Source: an uncultured Clostridia bacterium
Lineage (GTDB): Bacteria > Bacillota > Clostridia > Oscillospirales > Ruminococcaceae
Length of the DNA: 46,070 nucleotides
Reading direction: 5' to 3'
NCBI GenBank assembly: GCA_947625455.1
Contig: CANQOJ010000001.1
Span: forward strand, 1-46,070
A program made the translations under genes and the position numbers. Positions 28,009 through 37,266 of the stretch are shown here, piece by piece. Numbering within the stretch: position 1 is the first letter of the stretch; each line of letters starts with the position of its first letter. Below the pieces are notes generated by a model that saw nothing but the letters and a program-made list of their open reading frames with translations, did not search any database and had not been told where the DNA came from.

Positions 28009-28804
28009 TTATGTTATATATTTTTCATATCTGCATTGTTCCTGAACCTTTTCCCCGATAAGCGTTATGGCTTGTTTGGGACACAAACTGATACAGCGAT
28101 AGCACATTGTGCATCTGCCGCCCGCTGTTGCTTTATTATCTTCAATCTTTATATTTCCCATAGGACAATTTTGACTGCACAGCCCGCACCCAACGCACAA
28201 ATCACTGATTTTCAACTTGTCGGAGTAGCTTGCCGTTTTATTGTAAAACCACAATCTTTGCCCGAACAGACCTTTTATATGCGCTATAAAACTCAATCCC
28301 TCGCGCGGATATTTTCCTGCTTTAATTTGCATTGCCGTTTGTTCAATGCGCTCGTCAGCTGACTTCACTATCTGTTTTTTTCTTCAATACTCTTTTTTAA
28401 CAGCTTGCTGTAGCACACCGAATCGGGCATTTTTATCTGTAAACCGCCGAGTATCACCGCGCCGCATTTCTTTAAAATCCGTGCAGTACACCCTGTACCG
28501 TCGCCGCTGAAAAGTCCCATGTTTTTCAGACTGTATAAAAAGTCCAACCTCAGGCTTTATCGACAGCCTGACTTTTTTGCCGTTCCAGAGTGAAGCGTTG
28601 GCTTTTATAAAATCACGCACCATAATCGGGGCATTTGAAAACTGCGTCGGATATCCGAGTACAATTATGTCGTGTTTTTTTCAATATCTGAACAATATCG
28701 GTGTGTTCCAACGGAAAGCACTGCGCGGACGCGTCCAACATTTTAACCAGCTTTTTAACACAATGTTCGGTGTTGCCCGTACCACTAAAATATACTCCTA
28801 CCAT
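28009..28804 (-). pseudogene. EFR1-family flavodoxin-fold/4Fe-4S ferredoxin, multiply disrupted
   Basis: YFSGTGNT start, MGLFSGDG and two CxxCxxCxxxCP motifs. Lesions: A7 at 28675-28681, an insertion at 28526-28571 and A7 at 28375-28381. Confidence 0.85.
28526..28571. mobile_element. 46-bp MITE-like element inside the EFR1 gene
   Basis: Imperfect terminal inverted repeats TCAGACTGTATAAAAAG / CTTTATCGACAGCCTGA, related to the 28881-28987 element. Confidence 0.65.
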
Positions 28805-28880
28805 TTGCTTGTTACCTTTCAAAAATTGAAATATCTTGAAATGACAATAATCTTATTCAGCTTGTATAAAAAGCCAAATT

Positions 28881-28987
28881 TCAGACTGTATAGAAAGCCC
28901 CAGATGCTAGGAAGCGGTGCTGCGGCTAGGCTTTGTGCCTGCCGCAGTGCCGCTGACGACGCAGATGGGGCTTTATATACAGTCTGA
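28881..28987. mobile_element. 107-bp MITE-like palindromic element
   Basis: 21-bp terminal inverted repeats (20/21 match) TCAGACTGTATAGAAAGCCCC / GGGGCTTTATATACAGTCTGA enclose a nested GC-rich hairpin; a solo end lies at 28857-28875. Confidence 0.72.
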
Positions 28988-28988
28988 C

Positions 28989-30746
28989 TTATATTTCAGC
29001 CGTTGCGCTCTTTAACCACTCCGCTTCTTCACTGTTCAAAAACGGCGAGAGTTTTTCATAAACCCGCTTGTGATAAGCGTTCAGCAGTTCAAGCTGCGGT
29101 GATGTGAGATACCTCTTGTCGATCCCCTCGCGGTCAAACGGCACAAGCGTTAACGGCGAAAACCGCAGAAATCCCGCGTTGCAGTCCTTTTCGCACAACA
29201 ACAGGCTTTCGTGACGAATACCGAATTTCCCCGCTATATAAAGCCCGGGTTCATCTGATGTTATCATTCCCGCCTGCATAGGCGCGTCATCTTTCGCACG
29301 GCAGCTTATGCGCTGAGGTTCCTCGTGTACGTTAAGCAAAAAACCTACTCCATGACCTGTGCCGTGCAGGAAATCAAGTCCGTTTTTCCATAACGGTTCA
29401 CGCGCGGCATAATCAAGGCAGCTTCCGCGTATCCCCTCCGGGAATTTTGCCGAAAGCAAGTTTAAATGCCCCGCAAGCACCAGCGTAAACGCGCGTTTTT
29501 CTTCTTCGGTGACAGCGCCGAGAACAAATGTTCTTGTAATGTCCGTTGTGCCGTCAAGATAATGCCCGCCCGTGTCCGACAGCAGCATTCCGCGCGGCTC
29601 TAAAACAGCGTTTGTTGTTTCGTCAGCCGAATAATGAACGACGGCGCCGTGTTCTTTGTACGCCATAATCGGCGCAAAACTTTGCCCTAAATAGTTTTCG
29701 CCAAGCTTTCTAAATTCCTCCAGCTTTTCCGCAGCGGATATTTCGGTTATTTTCTCCGATTTTACGGCAGTCTTAAGCCACTTCATAAATCGCGTTACGG
29801 CAACTCCGTCGCGGATATGCGCGTTTATTTCGCACTGTATCTCTGTCGGGTTTTTTACTGCTTTCATAAGTTCAATCGGACTTTTTTTGTCAATGATGTT
29901 GCTGATTGACGAAACAAGATACGCATTTGACGCGCGGGTGTCTGTCATTACTTTTCCGCTGAAATTCCGAAGCGCGGAATATATGCCGTCATAATCGAAA
30001 AGTTCTACGTTGTCCTGCTTTAATTCGGCGGTTATATTGCTGTCAAATGCCGTTTTATTCGCAAACAGCGCTGTTTTCCCGCCCTCGCGGTATACTATCA
30101 TAAACGCCAAAAATACGGGGCAGTATTCAATGTCGCTCCCGCGCAGATTGAGCGTCCATGCTATTTCATCAAGCGCGGATACGACAAGGCAGTCCGCATT
30201 TTCTTCGCCCAGCTTCTGCCGTATTCTTTCCAGTTTTTGAGCGCGGGTTTCACCGCAATATTTCTCCGACAGCCTGTACACGGGATTTGCAGACAAAGGC
30301 GGGCGGTTTTTCCAGATAATATCACCGAAATCAATATCGGCGTTAAATCCGATATTCTTAACTGAAAGCGTTTTTTGAAGCTTGCTTTCAAATTCCTTAG
30401 TGAGCGTCCTGCCGTCGTACCCCAACTTTGAATTTTCGGGCATTTCCCGAAGCAGATATTGTTCAACAGACGGCGTTTGTTTTTCGCCTGCTTTCATAAG
30501 GTCAATGCCGCTGTTTTCGAGCTGTCGTTCAGCCTGCAAAAAATAGCGTCCGTCCGTCCAAAGCGCCGATTTATCCTCCGTTACAACAAGCGTACCCGCA
30601 GAGCCCGTAAAACCGCTCAAATACTCGCGCAGTTTGAAATGCGCGCTGACATATTCGGAATTGTGGTAATCGCTCGTTGTTATGACTGCGGCATAAATAC
30701 CGTTGTCTTTCATTGCCTTTCGTAAATCTTCTATTTCTTGTTTCAA
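28989..30746 (-). CDS. Aminopeptidase P family (Xaa-Pro aminopeptidase)
   Basis: SGFTGSAG, WTDGRYFLQA, DGTTDITRT, HGTGHGVG..VHE, SDEPG and GIRHE motifs; likely TTG start at 30746 after GAGGTG. Confidence 0.93.
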   Translation of the reverse strand: MKQEIEDLRKAMKDNGIYAAVITTSDYHNSEYVSAHFKLREYLSGFTGSAGTLVVTEDKSALWTDGRYFLQAERQLENSGIDLMKAGEKQTPSVEQYLLREMPENSKLGYDGRTLTKEFESKLQKTLSVKNIGFNADIDFGDIIWKNRPPLSANPVYRLSEKYCGETRAQKLERIRQKLGEENADCLVVSALDEIAWTLNLRGSDIEYCPVFLAFMIVYREGGKTALFANKTAFDSNITAELKQDNVELFDYDGIYSALRNFSGKVMTDTRASNAYLVSSISNIIDKKSPIELMKAVKNPTEIQCEINAHIRDGVAVTRFMKWLKTAVKSEKITEISAAEKLEEFRKLGENYLGQSFAPIMAYKEHGAVVHYSADETTNAVLEPRGMLLSDTGGHYLDGTTDITRTFVLGAVTEEEKRAFTLVLAGHLNLLSAKFPEGIRGSCLDYAAREPLWKNGLDFLHGTGHGVGFLLNVHEEPQRISCRAKDDAPMQAGMITSDEPGLYIAGKFGIRHESLLLCEKDCNAGFLRFSPLTLVPFDREGIDKRYLTSPQLELLNAYHKRVYEKLSPFLNSEEAEWLKSATAEI

Positions 30747-30747
30747 G

Positions 30748-32496
30748 TTATATGCACCTCGCAATTAAAACGCTGAATTTCGCACAGCAAAGCCGTTTTA
30801 CGGCATAAAGCGGACTGTCCTGCGCTTTTGTATCATCAATAAAAACCTCGTATTCCCGATTTTCTTTGAGGATTATATCTTTATTCGTGGGGTTTATCAT
30901 AAACAGAAAACCGTTGTTTTTCAAAATAAGCCTGCCTTTTATTTCGGAAAACGCACCGCCGTTGAAAATGCCGTAATACCGCTTTCTGAACGCTGTTAAG
31001 CCTCGGTAATACTCGCAGAGTTCTTTATTTTCGGAAATCAGTTCCCATTTTATTGAGTTCACGCTGTCGGGGAGATTATAGCTGTCAGAACTGAAATTTT
31101 TTGTGCGGAGAAATTCCTGTCCCAACTGAAAAAACGCAATTCCCTCCGACAGCATGACAAATGCCGCAGCCATTTTCTCAACGCGCATTATTTTGTCAAG
31201 CCGCGCGCCTTTAAGAGAAAGCCGCAGTCTGTCATACAGCGTGTGATTATCGTGACATTCGGCGTAGTTTATGGTCTGAGAGGGATTTGAAATGCCCGTT
31301 ATCGCCTGCTTTATCGGTTCAAGCCTAGAAAGTTCGCCGCTCATAAAACCTTTGTCGCTTATGTCAAACACATTTCCGCGTATCGCGTCACGGAAACTGT
31401 CGCTGAAAAATGCGGTTTTCGGGAGTTTACGCGCGTTTTTGCCGACAGCGCGGTATTTTTCATTAAGCGCACTTTTGCCGCCTGTCCAGCCCTCTCCGTA
31501 AACAAGAGCGTGAGGGTTTATTTTCATCAGCTTGTTTCTGACGGCTTGCATTGTCTTTATATCAATAAGCCCCATAAGGTCAAAGCGAAAGCCGTCCAGA
31601 TGATATTCACGGGCTAAAAACTCAACGCTGTCGACAATGAACTTCCGCGCCATTTTTCTCTCGCTTGCAAACTCGTTTCCGCAGCCGGAGCCGTTTGAAA
31701 ACGCGCCGTTTTCTTCTCTGAAAAAATATCCCGCAATTTGCCGCTCAAACGTAGATTTTCCCGCGTCATAAACGTGATTATACACCACGTCCGCTATCAC
31801 GCCTATCCCCATTTTATGCGCGGACATTACAAGCTCCCGAAGTTCAAGAATGGGGTTATTTACTGCGTAATTTCTGCTCGGTGCATTGAAAAAACGCGGA
31901 TTATAACCCCAGTTGTAACAACTGCCGTCGCTGTCGAAATCGAAAACGGGCATAAGCTGAATATGCGTTGCGCCGAGGGATTTTATATATTCAAGCCCGC
32001 ATATATATCCGTATTTGTTTTTTACATTCTTCTCGCAGAATGCCCCGAACTTACCGCGGTTAGTAAAATCGGCGCTTTTGTCCATAGAAAAGTCGCGGAC
32101 GGAAAGTTCTGTTATGACGGGATTTTGCGCTGTTATGGGCTTGTCGTTTTCCCAGCCTGCGGGCGCGTTTTTCTGCATATCTGTGACAATGCCGCGCGTT
32201 GCGTCTTTATTCACAAGCCTTGAATAACAGTCGGCGAAAACCGTTGTTTTGCCGTTTTCGCAAACCTCGAACTCGTACTCTTTGCCCTCTAAATCGCCTT
32301 TTACCGAAAGTTCAAATATGCTTTCCCTGCGCTTCATTTCTGAACAGGAAACAGCTTGTGCGCTGTCGTAAAGCCTTAGAAACGCTTTTTCGGCAAACGG
32401 CTGCCAAAATCTGAAAATCGTTTTTTCTCTTGAATACAGCGCACCAAGCTGACCTCTGAAACAATTTTTTTCGGCAGCTTCAATTCTTCTCGTCAT
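30748..32496 (-). CDS. pulA: Type I pullulanase (GH13)
   Basis: YNWGYNP, DVVYNH, DGFRFDLMG, YGEGW and ECHDN motifs; no signal peptide. Confidence 0.9.
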   Translation of the reverse strand: MTRRIEAAEKNCFRGQLGALYSREKTIFRFWQPFAEKAFLRLYDSAQAVSCSEMKRRESIFELSVKGDLEGKEYEFEVCENGKTTVFADCYSRLVNKDATRGIVTDMQKNAPAGWENDKPITAQNPVITELSVRDFSMDKSADFTNRGKFGAFCEKNVKNKYGYICGLEYIKSLGATHIQLMPVFDFDSDGSCYNWGYNPRFFNAPSRNYAVNNPILELRELVMSAHKMGIGVIADVVYNHVYDAGKSTFERQIAGYFFREENGAFSNGSGCGNEFASERKMARKFIVDSVEFLAREYHLDGFRFDLMGLIDIKTMQAVRNKLMKINPHALVYGEGWTGGKSALNEKYRAVGKNARKLPKTAFFSDSFRDAIRGNVFDISDKGFMSGELSRLEPIKQAITGISNPSQTINYAECHDNHTLYDRLRLSLKGARLDKIMRVEKMAAAFVMLSEGIAFFQLGQEFLRTKNFSSDSYNLPDSVNSIKWELISENKELCEYYRGLTAFRKRYYGIFNGGAFSEIKGRLILKNNGFLFMINPTNKDIILKENREYEVFIDDTKAQDSPLYAVKRLCCAKFSVLIARCI

Positions 32497-33295
32497 AATC
32501 TTTAAACCTATCCAGAAAACTGTGAACACCGCTTTCGTCCTTATAGGACATAATGCGGTCAAGGCGGACATTCTGAACGCTTCGGAAAATATTCATTTCC
32601 ACCTGCGGATTTTCCTCGCTTAAGTTTGCTATAAGCTGTTTTACAAACGCGCGCTTAGAGCCGTCCTCACGGTCTTTCAGTGCGCAGTCGCAGCCGATTT
32701 TCTCAATATTGCAGCTGTCTGCCCATTCCGAAACGCACTTTTCCCTTATAAAGTACATAGGTCGTATAAGCTCCATGCCCTCGAAATTCTGCGCCTTAAC
32801 GCGCGGGAGCATTGTCTGAGCCTGACCGCCGTACAGCATTCCCATGAGTATGCTTTCGATAACGTCGTCGAAATGATGCCCCAGCGCAATTTTACTGCAG
32901 CCAAGTTCCTTTGCCTTTTTATACAGCAATCCCCTGCGCATTTTTGAACACAGGAAGCACGGATTTTTCTCGTTTTCCACAAGTTTAAATACGTCTGTTT
33001 TGAACGTTATAAGGTCAATTCCGAGAATTTCTGCGTTTTGATTTATTATACGCAGGCTGTTTTCGGAAAATCCCGCGTCCATTGTCAGATATTTTACGGA
33101 TATGGGCGTTTTTCCGTGACGTTCATATTCGCGGAAAAGCGCAGAAAGAAGCATGGAATCCTTACCGCCCGATATGCACACGCATATGCTGTCGTTGTCA
33201 TTAAACAGCCTGTACTCCTCAACTGCCTTATAAAACGGCTTTGCAAGCGTGCGGGCATATTCACGGTTTAATTTATTAAAAATATCTTCGCTCAT
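32480..33295 (-). CDS. ttcA: tRNA 2-thiocytidine biosynthesis TtcA-family protein
   Basis: PP-loop SGGKDS, PCFLCSKMRRG, LGHHFDD and LIRPM motifs. Confidence 0.88.
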   Translation of the reverse strand: MSEDIFNKLNREYARTLAKPFYKAVEEYRLFNDNDSICVCISGGKDSMLLSALFREYERHGKTPISVKYLTMDAGFSENSLRIINQNAEILGIDLITFKTDVFKLVENEKNPCFLCSKMRRGLLYKKAKELGCSKIALGHHFDDVIESILMGMLYGGQAQTMLPRVKAQNFEGMELIRPMYFIREKCVSEWADSCNIEKIGCDCALKDREDGSKRAFVKQLIANLSEENPQVEMNIFRSVQNVRLDRIMSYKDESGVHSFLDRFKDYDEKN

Positions 33296-33296
33296 G

Positions 33297-34775
33297 TTAT
33301 AATCTCATATATGTTTCGGCAAGCTGACGAAGCATTTTCGCATGCCTTTTCTTCATGTCCTTTTTCTTCATGCGCCAGCTCCAGTTCCCTCCAAGCGTTG
33401 AGGGAACGTTCATTCTTCCCTTTTTGCCTAAGCCTAAAACGTCCTGCATGGGTATCACGGCAAGTTCTGACGGTGATGAATAGGCGGTGCGGATTGCACA
33501 GCGGTTTAACGGGAATGAAAACAGCTTTCCTATATACTTTCTGCACATTGCCTTTGTTTTAATGTCAGCCTCGGAATACCATTGTTTAAAGGTGGCGTTG
33601 TCGTGAGTTCCCGTATAGCAGACGCTGTTTTTCGGATAATTGTGAGGGAGGTGGTCATTGTCGGCGTTTTCGGGATTGAAACCGAACTGCAGTACCCGCA
33701 TGCCCGGAAAACCGCTGTCCGCAAGCAATTGTTTTACGCTGTCGAAAATATCTCCCAAGTCCTCCGCGATTATGTCGGCATTCGGAACTTCGTCTGCTAT
33801 CGCCTTAAACAAATTCATTCCCGGACCTTTTTCCCAGTTTCCGTGTTCGGCTGTTTTTTCGCCGTAGGGAATGGCGTAATAGGTGTCGAATGCGCGGAAA
33901 TGGTCAATTCTCAGCATATCGAAAAACTCCGCCGACTTTTTGACTCTTGCAACCCACCAGGCGTAATTGTCGGTTTTCATTGTCGTCCAGTCGTACAGCG
34001 GATTTCCCCAAAGCTGACCGGTTTTTGAGAAATAATCGGGCGGTACTCCCGCAACGCGCTTCGGACAAAGTTTTTCGTCAAGTTCAAACAGCCTCGGCGA
34101 CGCCCAGACGTCAGAACTGTCGGGAGAAACATATATCGGAATATCGCCGATTATCTTTATTCCCTTTTGAGAACAGAAGTTGTGAAACCTCGTCCACTGA
34201 CGGAAAAAGATGTACTGGCAGAACTTGTGGTAGCGGATTTCATTTGAAAGCTTTTCGGTATACTGTTCAACAGCTTCAAGCCTGCGGAACTTTATTCCGT
34301 TTTCCCACTGCGTCCACGGTATCCCGCCGAACTCGTTCTTTAATGCCATAAACAATGCGTAATCATCAAGCCAGAACTTCTGTTCCAGCATAAATCCCGT
34401 AAATCCCACATCATCAGTAAAACCCGCAAACGCCTTGTGCAGAAGTTCAGAGCGCGTTTTTGAAACTTTGTCATAGTCGACAATGCGCGGATCCGCCCCG
34501 AAATCAGCGTTCTCGCAGTCGCTTTTCGACAGCAAACCCTGTTCGCAAAGTTCGTCAAGGTCGATAAGCAGCGGATTTCCCGCGAATGACGAAAACGGCT
34601 GATACGGCGAATCACCGTATCCCGTAGGTCCTATCGGCAATACCTGCCAGTATGTCTGACCTGCGCTTTTCAGCCACTCCGCAAACCTCTCCGCTTCTTC
34701 TCCAAGTGTTCCTATGCCGTATTTTGACGGCAATGATGTTATGTGCAGCAATACGCCGCAGCTTCTTTTATCCAT
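33297..34775 (-). CDS. malQ: 4-alpha-glucanotransferase (GH77)
   Basis: GVLLHITSLP, GVPPDYFSKTGQLWGNP, RIDHFR, AEDLG and YTGTHDN motifs. Confidence 0.96.
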   Translation of the reverse strand: MDKRSCGVLLHITSLPSKYGIGTLGEEAERFAEWLKSAGQTYWQVLPIGPTGYGDSPYQPFSSFAGNPLLIDLDELCEQGLLSKSDCENADFGADPRIVDYDKVSKTRSELLHKAFAGFTDDVGFTGFMLEQKFWLDDYALFMALKNEFGGIPWTQWENGIKFRRLEAVEQYTEKLSNEIRYHKFCQYIFFRQWTRFHNFCSQKGIKIIGDIPIYVSPDSSDVWASPRLFELDEKLCPKRVAGVPPDYFSKTGQLWGNPLYDWTTMKTDNYAWWVARVKKSAEFFDMLRIDHFRAFDTYYAIPYGEKTAEHGNWEKGPGMNLFKAIADEVPNADIIAEDLGDIFDSVKQLLADSGFPGMRVLQFGFNPENADNDHLPHNYPKNSVCYTGTHDNATFKQWYSEADIKTKAMCRKYIGKLFSFPLNRCAIRTAYSSPSELAVIPMQDVLGLGKKGRMNVPSTLGGNWSWRMKKKDMKKRHAKMLRQLAETYMRL

Positions 34776-34805
34776 TTTTTCACTCCTAAAGTTTTTTACA
34801 TCTAT

Positions 34806-36332
34806 TTATCTGTTCCAATATTTTCTGTCCAAATTTCTGAAACTTATCGCCTGAGTTATGCAGGACTTGTTTATGTCCTTTATTCCCGCAAGGTCGGCGC
34901 ATGTTCTTGCTACTTTCAGTATCCTGTCATACGCGCGCGCGGAAAGTCCCAGACCGTCAAACGCCGATTTCAACAATGCGTCAGCGTCAGGCGTAAGACG
35001 GCAGACATCGCCTATAATGTCCGAAGTTATACGGCTGTTGGATTTAATTCCCGTGCCTTTAAAACGTTCGGCTTGTATATCGCGGGCGCGCTGTACCCTT
35101 TCGGCTATCTGCGCCGAGGTTTCCTGCGCCTTTCTTGTTGACAAATCGTCATATTCAACGGGCTTCACCTCGATTTGAATATCTATTCTGTCAAGCACGG
35201 GCTGTGATATTCTGTTAAGATATGCCGTCACCATTTTCTCGGTGCAGGTGCATTTTTTCTTCGGATTGCCGAAATTTCCGCAAGGGCAGGGGTTCATTGC
35301 CGCGACAAGCATAACTTCGCATGGATAGCTTACAGAGCCGCTTGCCCTTGAAATCAATATCTCGCCGTTTTCAAGCGGCTGGCGCAAGGTTTCAAGCGTT
35401 CTCCTGTCAAATTCGGGCAGTTCGTCCAGAAACAATACGCCGTTGTGCGCAAGCGAAATCTCCCCCGGTCTCGGAATTGTTCCCCCGCCGACAAGCCCCG
35501 CGCCGCTTATCGTATGGCTTACGGCACGGAACGGGCGAGTTGTTACAAGCGGTTCTTTGGGATTTATAAGCCCCGCTATGGAATGTATCTGCGTGGTTTC
35601 AATGCTTTCAGCAAAGGTTATCTTAGGCAGAATTGACGGTATTCTCTTGGCAAGCATTGATTTTCCCGAACCCGGCGGTCCTACCATAAGGATATTGTGC
35701 GAACCTGCCGCCGCAACTTCAATAGCCTTTTTAGCTGACGTCTGCCCCATTACGTCCGCGAAATCCTCACGGTACACAAGCCTTTCTGCGCTCGGTATAT
35801 AGCGCGGTTCGGGAGTTAATAACGTTCGGTTTTGCAGGAAGTTTACTATCTCGGTTATATGTTCAATGCCGTATATTTCAATGTTGTCCGCGGCTGACGC
35901 TTCTTTTGCGTTGGCTTTCGGCAAAAACAGGCGCTTTATGCCGTTTTGCTCTGCGGTTATGGTCATACTCAGAGCGCCGTTTATAGGGGCAATCTGCCCG
36001 TCAAGCGACATTTCCCCTATAAACGCCGTGTCGGAAAGTTCGCAGTCAATAACCCCGCCGAGCTTCATAAGTGCAATCATTATAGGCAAATCGAACATTG
36101 AGCCTATCTTCTTTACGCTTGCGGGCGCAAGATTTACGGTAACGCGCCCGTTTAACAGCTTAAGACCGAGCTGCCCCGTAACGGCGCGTATTCTAGCCTT
36201 GCTTTCCTGCACGGCGGTATCGGGAAGACCGACAACGTCAAAATTCGGCTGTCCCGCGGTTATGCTCGCCTCGACAGTCACGGGAAAAGCGTTCAGTCCG
36301 AAAAGACCGACGCTGTTTATTTTACTGAACAT
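34806..36332 (-). CDS. comM: YifB/ComM Mg-chelatase-like AAA+ ATPase
   Basis: GLPDTAVQES, GPPGSGKSM, GEISLAHNGVLFLDE, AMNPCPCG and SARAYDRILKVART motifs. Confidence 0.93.
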   Translation of the reverse strand: MFSKINSVGLFGLNAFPVTVEASITAGQPNFDVVGLPDTAVQESKARIRAVTGQLGLKLLNGRVTVNLAPASVKKIGSMFDLPIMIALMKLGGVIDCELSDTAFIGEMSLDGQIAPINGALSMTITAEQNGIKRLFLPKANAKEASAADNIEIYGIEHITEIVNFLQNRTLLTPEPRYIPSAERLVYREDFADVMGQTSAKKAIEVAAAGSHNILMVGPPGSGKSMLAKRIPSILPKITFAESIETTQIHSIAGLINPKEPLVTTRPFRAVSHTISGAGLVGGGTIPRPGEISLAHNGVLFLDELPEFDRRTLETLRQPLENGEILISRASGSVSYPCEVMLVAAMNPCPCGNFGNPKKKCTCTEKMVTAYLNRISQPVLDRIDIQIEVKPVEYDDLSTRKAQETSAQIAERVQRARDIQAERFKGTGIKSNSRITSDIIGDVCRLTPDADALLKSAFDGLGLSARAYDRILKVARTCADLAGIKDINKSCITQAISFRNLDRKYWNR

Positions 36333-36371
36333 AATTTACCCCTTATTTTACAAAATTCGTCTTTAAATTAT

Positions 36372-36400
36372 ATTTTACCATAATTTTGTATAAATTGCAA
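36372..36400 (-). promoter_or_regulatory. Sigma-A promoter for the comM operon
   Basis: - strand TTGCAA-17 bp-TAAAAT with extended TG. Confidence 0.55.
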
Positions 36401-36454
36401 CGGTTATGCCTGCATTTTTTTGAGAAATTTTATAGTTCTGTTCAGTTTTTGTTA

Positions 36455-36483
36455 TTGAAAAAAATTTATATTTGTGTTATAAT
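36455..36483 (+). promoter_or_regulatory. Sigma-A promoter for the rlmB operon
   Basis: TTGAAA-17 bp-TATAAT with extended TG. Confidence 0.65.
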
Positions 36484-36525
36484 AAATAATGTATTGTTGT
36501 ATATCAATAAACATAGAGGGAAAAT

Positions 36526-37248
36526 ATGGAAAATGATATAATTTATGGGAGAAACGCGGTTATTGAAGCGCTGCGTTCCGAAAAGGAAATCGACACGGTT
36601 TTTGTTCAAAAGGACTTGAAGATTGACGGTGTGGCGGCAATGGCAAAAGAGCGCGGCGCTGTCGTAAAGATAGTCGGCGCGGAGAAAATAACGTCGCTTG
36701 CGGGTACGCCTAAACACGGCGGTGTGTGCGCACAGCTGTGCGCTGTTCAATATGCGCAGCTTACGGACATTCTCGCTGTTTCGGAAAGCAAGGGCAAACC
36801 GCCGTTTATCATAATCGCCGACGAAATAGCCGATCCGCATAACCTCGGCGCAATCATTAGAACAGCCGAAGCGGCGGGCGCGGACGGCGTCATTATACCG
36901 AAAAGGCGCTCGGCGGGGCTTAACTCAACGGTTTTCAAAACCTCTGCAGGCGCGGCGGCTTGGATAAAGGTTGCGAGAGTGGCTAATCTTGTGGACACGA
37001 TAAAAACTCTCAAGAAGAAAAACATATGGGTGTACGGAATGGAGGCAGACGGAGAGCCGTATGACAGGATTGATTTTTCGGGCGGCGCGGCAGTTGTCGT
37101 GGGCTCGGAGGGTTTCGGTCTTTCAAGGCTTGTAAGAGAAAACTGCGATGTTATAGTGTCGCTGCCTATGTACGGAAAGGTAAATTCACTGAATGCTTCG
37201 GTTTCAGCAGGAATTTTGATGTACGAAATAGTAAAGCATAGAAAATAA
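36526..37248 (+). CDS. rlmB: 23S rRNA Gm2251 methyltransferase
   Basis: GRNAVIEAL, DPHNLGAIIRTA, GSEGFG and SLNASVSAG SPOUT motifs. Confidence 0.95.
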   Translation: MENDIIYGRNAVIEALRSEKEIDTVFVQKDLKIDGVAAMAKERGAVVKIVGAEKITSLAGTPKHGGVCAQLCAVQYAQLTDILAVSESKGKPPFIIIADEIADPHNLGAIIRTAEAAGADGVIIPKRRSAGLNSTVFKTSAGAAAWIKVARVANLVDTIKTLKKKNIWVYGMEADGEPYDRIDFSGGAAVVVGSEGFGLSRLVRENCDVIVSLPMYGKVNSLNASVSAGILMYEIVKHRK

Positions 37249-37266
37249 TTTAAAGGAAGTGTATTT

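Noticed and set aside
4234-28804. All frameshifts as homopolymer sequencing errors
   Set aside because: About 17 kb of core genes and most EPS genes with A7-A8 runs are intact, and most broken genes also carry stops, truncations or insertions. This cannot be excluded for the lone G7 at 19412 without reads.
34806-36332. Mobile element insertion in comM, a known hotspot
   Set aside because: The gene is intact with no att-like repeats or integrase.
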